Positions 43,698 through 49,070 of a stretch of 49,070 bases of DNA are shown piece by piece (the stretch's first letter is position 1; each line of letters starts with the position of its first letter). Source of the DNA: a virus (lineage: Duplodnaviria > Caudoviricetes). A program made the position numbers and the translations under genes. The stretch is taken from positions 1-49,070 of IMG/VR virus record IMGVR_UViG_3300011335_000405; one strand, given 5' to 3'. The notes beneath the pieces were generated by a model. The model saw nothing but the letters and a program-made list of their open reading frames with translations, had not been told where the DNA came from and searched no databases.

Positions 43698-46195
43698 TGC
43701 ATTGGTGTGATATTATTTTCCATCTCAACTTCTTCAGTTCCTTCTGGAGTCTCAACCTCTTCGGTTTCAGTCTCAGTTTCTTCTGGTTCCTCTTCTTCCA
43801 TTTCTGGTTCTTCCATTTCTGGAGCTTGCTTTCCTTGCATTGCTGCTTGCTTGGACTTCTCCTTCTGAATCTCTGCACGGGCCTTAGCCTTCTGAAGTGC
43901 GAGTTGAGTGATACCTTGTTCTTTACGTTGCTCAGTGCGTTGAGCGTGACTGATAGAAGCCTTGCCAACTGAAATATCAGCAAGTTTCTTCTTAGTATCA
44001 ATCTCAATGCCAGACTTAGCAGCGAGGTATTGAAGTTTAATATCTTCTTCAGAGTTTGGTTGACCTTGTTTCTGAGCTTCAGCTTCAGCCATTTGGACGT
44101 AAACTTGTTGAAGTTCGTCGGCCATTGCTTGAGCTTCACCCATACCCTGCATGAATTGTTTCAAGAAGTCCTGCTTAGATTGATCCTTGGCGATATATTC
44201 AACGTGAGCCATGATATGACCACCTTTGAATTTGACTGAGCGGACTGCCTTAGAAAGTTCTGCAAGCTCTGGTTGACCTTGTTGCACAGATTGTAGGTTC
44301 ATCTGCAACTGCATCATCATGTCCTGCAAGTGACCAACAGCGTGTTCAATATGCGGATCAGTTGGCAATACAGGGAAGTTTTGTGGGTTAACAAAGGCAT
44401 CTGTCATACCAGCGTTTTCAAATCCAATTACGCGAGCAGTATCAGTAATCTTAGTTGGCTTGGTATTCCGGTAACGAGCTACATTATCTCGGCCAGAGAG
44501 TGCCGCAATTGCATCTTTAACTGCGTTCTCTTGCCCTTCGTTGGCTGGAGTAATTGCTGTAATCTGCAATAGTTTCTCTGCTGTGATAAGTTTGAACGAT
44601 GGGCTACCTGCTCCGCTGATAAGGTTGGAGCGGATGCTGGTGATGTTTTTAAATGCCGCTGCTTCTTTGGGAGTTCCGAGTTCTTCAAGAATCTCATAAA
44701 ACTTCTTAACATACTCATATCCATCATCGCTGGATTTTGCGCTTACAAAGCGTTTGTAGAGTTGTTTGAAGTAAAGGGTTTGGCACTCGTTGAATCGTCT
44801 AATCTGAGTTCCTGATAGCTTTGCTGATTCAGCCGCATCAAGTTCTGCCTCACCTTTTGTCCTTTGCTTTCCTCCAGCGGTAGGAGCGTTGATGCGATAC
44901 TGCCCCATGCCCCTATACATATCTCCCATGAAGAATTGCATGAAGCTCATGCTCTCTGCTACTGGAAGTTGGAAGCGGTTTTGAATGAACTTTGCGCCAT
45001 CTGGCATTACGCTGATAGGCAACCATTCCATTTGCTTTAGCATCTTAGTTGAATCTGGCCCTTGTCCTTCGATCATCAACATCGAGTTGAGGCGAACAGC
45101 ATCAACCAGCGAGTTCATTGTAAAGTCATACTGACGGCAGGCAACGAACGCTGATTCAGCTTGGCTCTTGATGTCTTGGAAAAGTCCACTACCTACCGAG
45201 TCGGTAAGCATATACAAAATTTCATCCCATGAATTAAATGGGCCAATCTTGAGCATCATAAACCCATGCTGTGTTCTAACGTCATCTTCACTGATCTTAC
45301 CCGCTCCTTTTACATTGGAGTTGATGTAGTCAGAAATTGGTTGGTAGTCTTGAAGGATAATTGCTTTGCTAATCTTCCCGTCAAACTCTCTCCAGTAAAC
45401 CTCGAAAAGATCAATCTTTTGGTTTACAGACAATGACCAGTTAAACCCTGATTCGCTAATCGTGCGAAAAAAGTCTTCGCGGGTTTTGCGGTGATTTGTA
45501 AATGCGCGATGAAAACGAATAGCATCAATTGCTGCATCAACATTCCAGCCCATTGCTTCTGCCGCCGCACGATTCTCAATCTTTTTATAGAGTTCGTATG
45601 GGGTTAAACGGACACGCCTGACAAATTCCTCAAGGTTTGAAAAGTCGATCCTAATGTCGTCTGGAAAGAGAAGGTCGGAAAGGAAGACGTGTTCTGGCAT
45701 CCATCCAAGTGGACTATCCCACATTCCAATTCCCTTTCCATACAATAGCATTTCCTCAAGGTCTTGTTCTGCATTGTAGAGGTATCCGGGCCATTCACGC
45801 AATGCTTGGTCAAATGCGGTTGTGATGTTTTCTGTATTAACAAGGCGTTCTTTTTCATTTCCGTATTTGGTCTTGATCGTGCAGCAAGCCTGACGCTCAG
45901 TAATTACATCGTAGTAACTTGACTTCTGGTTATCAACAATAAATCCAAGTTGTCCATAGTTAACATCCGATTGCCAAGGAAGTCGTTTTTCAGCGAGTTT
46001 ACTATATCCAGTGGGCGGGAACATCTTGTATGCCTTGTAGATACGGATACGCTTGTTCTCTCGCCCAATGTTTGCAAGACGCAAATTATTTGCTATGTTC
46101 CAAGCGTGTGAGGCATTGTTAATTCGTGTTTCTGGTGGATTGCCATCTTGATCGAGAGCGGCAAGGGAAAATGAGTCGTTACCAATTGAAAGCAT
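43694..46195 (-). CDS. Portal protein
   Basis: 833 aa, head-module position, EMLLYGKG and RTKGEAE motifs, Q/E-rich coiled-coil C-terminus as in P22-like portals. Confidence 0.8.
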   Translation of the reverse strand: MLSIGNDSFSLAALDQDGNPPETRINNASHAWNIANNLRLANIGRENKRIRIYKAYKMFPPTGYSKLAEKRLPWQSDVNYGQLGFIVDNQKSSYYDVITERQACCTIKTKYGNEKERLVNTENITTAFDQALREWPGYLYNAEQDLEEMLLYGKGIGMWDSPLGWMPEHVFLSDLLFPDDIRIDFSNLEEFVRRVRLTPYELYKKIENRAAAEAMGWNVDAAIDAIRFHRAFTNHRKTREDFFRTISESGFNWSLSVNQKIDLFEVYWREFDGKISKAIILQDYQPISDYINSNVKGAGKISEDDVRTQHGFMMLKIGPFNSWDEILYMLTDSVGSGLFQDIKSQAESAFVACRQYDFTMNSLVDAVRLNSMLMIEGQGPDSTKMLKQMEWLPISVMPDGAKFIQNRFQLPVAESMSFMQFFMGDMYRGMGQYRINAPTAGGKQRTKGEAELDAAESAKLSGTQIRRFNECQTLYFKQLYKRFVSAKSSDDGYEYVKKFYEILEELGTPKEAAAFKNITSIRSNLISGAGSPSFKLITAEKLLQITAITPANEGQENAVKDAIAALSGRDNVARYRNTKPTKITDTARVIGFENAGMTDAFVNPQNFPVLPTDPHIEHAVGHLQDMMMQLQMNLQSVQQGQPELAELSKAVRSVKFKGGHIMAHVEYIAKDQSKQDFLKQFMQGMGEAQAMADELQQVYVQMAEAEAQKQGQPNSEEDIKLQYLAAKSGIEIDTKKKLADISVGKASISHAQRTEQRKEQGITQLALQKAKARAEIQKEKSKQAAMQGKQAPEMEEPEMEEEEPEETETETEEVETPEGTEEVEMENNITPMQ

Positions 46196-46199
46196 ATTT

Positions 46200-46865
46200 T
46201 TAAATTTGTTCCCACCGAAGTGAGTTTTTTGAATTTTTTTTAAGGTTTAATTTTGCTGGCAATACTTGCAGATTTGAAGGAATATGCAATCCCCCTTTTG
46301 AAATTGGAATTACATGGTCAACATGAAACTGAATTCCAAGTTTTTTTTCAAGCCTTATTCTTTGCAAATATATTGTTTCAATAATCAGTTTCTGATTATG
46401 CGTTAAATCTGGAGTGTTATTTTTTTTGGTAGCTCTGCGTTTTGCGCTTCCTTTTCTTAAAAGCAATTTATATCTGTCTTGATTTTCTTTTTTCCATTTT
46501 TCCAAATTTTCTTTAGCCTTTATTGGATTTCTTTTATTCCAAGACCTTGCATTTTCCCTATGTTTTTCTGGGTTTTTCTTTTTTTGAAGGCGATCCCTTT
46601 CTCTAAACAAATCAACATTGTTTAATCGAGCAAGTTTTCTTTGTTCGAGTTTTTTAATCCTGTTTTTAGAATACCAATCTCTTTCGTATTCTCTGCGAGA
46701 ATTTAAATTTTTGCTTCTTTTTTTAACAGACCATTCATTGAGATGTTTTTTATTTTCTTCAAATTTTTCTTTTGAAACCCAATATCCTTGTTTACGAATT
46801 AAAGCCCAAAACACCATCCCATCCTCGCGGACATCCCCTCGTTTATGTTTGATGATGGTTTCCAT
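46200..46865 (-). CDS. HNH endonuclease (homing type)
   Basis: FHVDHVIPISKGGLHIPSNLQVL...NLKKNSK; basic helical N-terminus; AT-rich. Confidence 0.9.
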   Translation of the reverse strand: METIIKHKRGDVREDGMVFWALIRKQGYWVSKEKFEENKKHLNEWSVKKRSKNLNSRREYERDWYSKNRIKKLEQRKLARLNNVDLFRERDRLQKKKNPEKHRENARSWNKRNPIKAKENLEKWKKENQDRYKLLLRKGSAKRRATKKNNTPDLTHNQKLIIETIYLQRIRLEKKLGIQFHVDHVIPISKGGLHIPSNLQVLPAKLNLKKNSKNSLRWEQI

Positions 46866-46866
46866 T

Positions 46867-46882
46867 TTATCGTTTACGATAA
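46867..46882. repeat. Dispersed palindrome copy (TTATCGTTTACGATAA)
   Basis: Perfect arms; contains stop of 46874 ORF, 1 nt before HNH ATG. Confidence 0.95.
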
Positions 46883-47254
46883 CACTTTGTTTAAAACATT
46901 TCTTCGTTTGTTACATGAACTACATCCGCGAGCTTTATGCTCAAGTTTAGTTCCTAAAACTTTGTCTGTAGCTGCCGCTACTGTGTGTATAGCCTGAGCG
47001 ATACGATCACCAAGCCCATCGTTATACCAACAACGATCACTGGGTTGCCGCTGGCAGGTTTGATCTTCTACCATTTGTTCGATGTTAGTTGGAATTTCAA
47101 CCCCGTTGGATCGGTAATCTTTTTGAATATTCTGAAGAAGACTATTCCATGTGCTTCCATAAACTATAGCTGGATACACAACGCCATTACGCTTTATCTC
47201 ATATTTCCACCACCAACCACCGACTGGTGCGAGATTTTTGTTTTTCAGTTTCAT
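46874..47254 (-). CDS. Hypothetical protein (first gene of head module)
   Basis: 126 aa, C-terminal CSSC. Confidence 0.7.
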   Translation of the reverse strand: MKLKNKNLAPVGGWWWKYEIKRNGVVYPAIVYGSTWNSLLQNIQKDYRSNGVEIPTNIEQMVEDQTCQRQPSDRCWYNDGLGDRIAQAIHTVAAATDKVLGTKLEHKARGCSSCNKRRNVLNKVLS

Positions 47255-47269
47255 CTTGCCTTTTCACTG

Positions 47270-47297
47270 AAAATATATTTTCTTATTGATATGTCAA
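47270..47297 (-). promoter_or_regulatory. Candidate promoter for structural operon
   Basis: TTGACA (47297-47292), 16 bp, TATTTT (47275-47270). Confidence 0.5.
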
Positions 47298-49070
47298 GAG
47301 TTTTTTCTTCAAGCAAAGGGATTCAAAAATATGGTATTAAATTTTCAGAGGACATGGATGAATTGGGAATTGAGCTTTATTGTTATGCTATTTCCCGTGG
47401 TGAGTATGGAAAAGATTACTGCATCAAACATAATATTAACCTAAAAGATTTTAAGTTACTTACACCAGCAGAGCATTTTATTAATGCTGTTAAACTTCAA
47501 TGGCCGACTGAGGTTTCTATCTACAACAGAGGATACACCAATACTCAACTTCTTAGAACACTTGAAGAACTCTGTAACAATACAGATGTTTGTTTGGCTG
47601 GAGCAGCTTCGATGGGCAAAAGTTTTCCAGTTGCTCTTTGGGTTTATCTTGACTGGTGTTCTGCTCCGCACTGCACTTCAGCATGGGTTGCTACTACTAC
47701 TCTCGGTGCATCTGAAGATCGTATCTGGGGTATCATCTCTAAACTTTGGAAGTGCGCTCGCATTCAATACGGCAAACTTATTGACTATCGCCATATGATT
47801 GTTTGGGGTGGAGCATCTAACGATGAAGATAAAGATTATCGTAATGCGATAAAAGCACTTGCATTTCAATCAGGTAACGAAGGTCAAAAGGCCATTGATA
47901 CTACCCGTGGTCGTAAGAATGACCGAGTTCGCTTGGCACTTGACGAGTTGCCAGAAATGGAATTAGGAGCAATTACCGCTCGCGTTAACCTTTCAGCTAA
48001 TAACGATGTTACTTTTATTGGCATAGGAAACCCATCAGCGGGAGATAACCCACATACACGTTGGGCGATGCCAAAGGGTAAATCTAATTTCGATACAGTG
48101 AATCCTGATTTGATGAATTGGGAAACTGAAACTGGAATCTGTTTGTTTTATAACGGCATGAAGTCTCCTAACTTCGATGCTCGCCCAGATGAACCATCTC
48201 CATTCCCATTCCTCATGGATAGGAAGAAGCAGGAAATCATGCTTAAACAATGTTATGGTGATGAGAACGCTATTGACTATGTTCGTAACGCTATCGGTTG
48301 GTGGCCGAAGTCTGGCTTTATTCAGACTGTAATTACTTCTGATCTGATTCGTAATGCCGATACAAACGAAGAACCAATTTGGGATTCTGAAGGATTCACT
48401 AAAGTAGCAGGCTTTGACACTTCATTTACAATTGGTGGTGACCGATGCGTTCTTACCATTGCTAAACTTGGATTTGTTCGCGGAACTCGAAATCGTGTTA
48501 TGTGGCTTGAGAGTCAGAAGGTAATCCAACTCTCTGCCAACGCTGCTGCCGAGTTTGAGATTCAACTTGCTACTGAGGTTGTTTCTTTGTGTAGAACCGC
48601 TGGTGTTAAACCTACTAAATTCGGCATGGACGTTTCTGGTGATGGTGGTCGAGTTGGACAAGCTATCATTCGTGAATGGCTACGCACTGACTCTACAGGC
48701 GCAGCAATTGCGCTTATCTCATCTATGGGTAAACCCACCGATAGAATCGCAGCAGAAGTGGACAGAAGACCATGTAGCGATGTTTATGATCGTCTTGTAT
48801 CTGAGTATTATTACTCAGCTTATCACGCTTTCAAAAGCAGGGTTCTTTTTGGAATTGATGCAAACTCTGACTTGGCGAGGGAACTTTGCCTTCGTCGCTA
48901 TACTCTCAAAAACAAAAAGATCGCCATTGAAACTAAGGATGATCTTAAAAAGAGAACAGGATACTCGCCCGATTTAAGTGACAGTTTGATTTATGCACTC
49001 GAAATGGCGCGGCGAAACGGACTTGTTTTTATCGGTAACGATAAACCAGTTCCGACTAACCGATTTTGGG
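47291..49070 (+). CDS. terL: Terminase large subunit (no stop within window; absent from ORF track)
   Basis: Manual translation from ATG 47291: Walker A GAASMGKS, Walker B LALDE, GIGNP coupling motif, nuclease AGFD, GMD, SPDLSDSL. Confidence 0.92.
   Translation, partial: MSRVFSSSKGIQKYGIKFSEDMDELGIELYCYAISRGEYGKDYCIKHNINLKDFKLLTPAEHFINAVKLQWPTEVSIYNRGYTNTQLLRTLEELCNNTDVCLAGAASMGKSFPVALWVYLDWCSAPHCTSAWVATTTLGASEDRIWGIISKLWKCARIQYGKLIDYRHMIVWGGASNDEDKDYRNAIKALAFQSGNEGQKAIDTTRGRKNDRVRLALDELPEMELGAITARVNLSANNDVTFIGIGNPSAGDNPHTRWAMPKGKSNFDTVNPDLMNWETETGICLFYNGMKSPNFDARPDEPSPFPFLMDRKKQEIMLKQCYGDENAIDYVRNAIGWWPKSGFIQTVITSDLIRNADTNEEPIWDSEGFTKVAGFDTSFTIGGDRCVLTIAKLGFVRGTRNRVMWLESQKVIQLSANAAAEFEIQLATEVVSLCRTAGVKPTKFGMDVSGDGGRVGQAIIREWLRTDSTGAAIALISSMGKPTDRIAAEVDRRPCSDVYDRLVSEYYYSAYHAFKSRVLFGIDANSDLARELCLRRYTLKNKKIAIETKDDLKKRTGYSPDLSDSLIYALEMARRNGLVFIGNDKPVPTNRFW
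49029..49044. repeat. Dispersed palindrome copy (TTATCGGTAACGATAA), inside terL
   Basis: Perfect arms. Confidence 0.95.

Noticed and set aside
42569-44139. Alternative-frame ORFs inside scaffold and portal genes
   Set aside because: Same-strand frame shadows of charged coiled-coil coding; no slippery site or independent evidence noticed
73-49044. Palindrome array as a CRISPR array or integron attC array
   Set aside because: Copies are kilobases apart, only 16 bp, many inside genes; no cas genes or integron integrase
1-49070. Alternative genetic code or integrated prophage
   Set aside because: Genes tile densely in the standard code; no host genes, integrase or att context visible

Overview
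The window is most or all of a ~49 kb tailed dsDNA bacteriophage genome with podovirus-like organisation. + strand, 272-5978: lambda-O-like replication initiator with an internal iteron/AT-rich origin, DnaB helicase, Holliday-junction resolvase, small basic proteins, NrdR-like Zn ribbon, dCMP deaminase. A ~1 kb non-coding block (6000-6970) probably contains the genome end and an early promoter. It is followed by small early genes, a TerS candidate and an SF2 helicase. - strand: recombination/SSB module (12003-15713) and a long morphogenesis operon (15926-47254: ejection proteins, tail tube proteins, two beta-helix tailspikes, lysis genes, fibre proteins, major capsid, scaffold, portal). The terminase large subunit (47291 to the window end, + strand) is missing from the ORF track. 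I recognised no integrase, DNA polymerase, tRNA or CRISPR array. The most striking unexplained signal is a 16-bp palindrome, TTATCG-KWWM-CGATAA, with 15 perfect and at least 4 near-perfect copies across the genome, at promoters, gene junctions and inside core genes. It co-occurs with an LmbU/ParB-HTH-like DNA-binding protein and a ParB/Srx-like domain inside a virion ejection protein, which together suggest a candidate genome-wide site-specific DNA-binding system. All protein assignments come from motif recognition by eye, not database searches.
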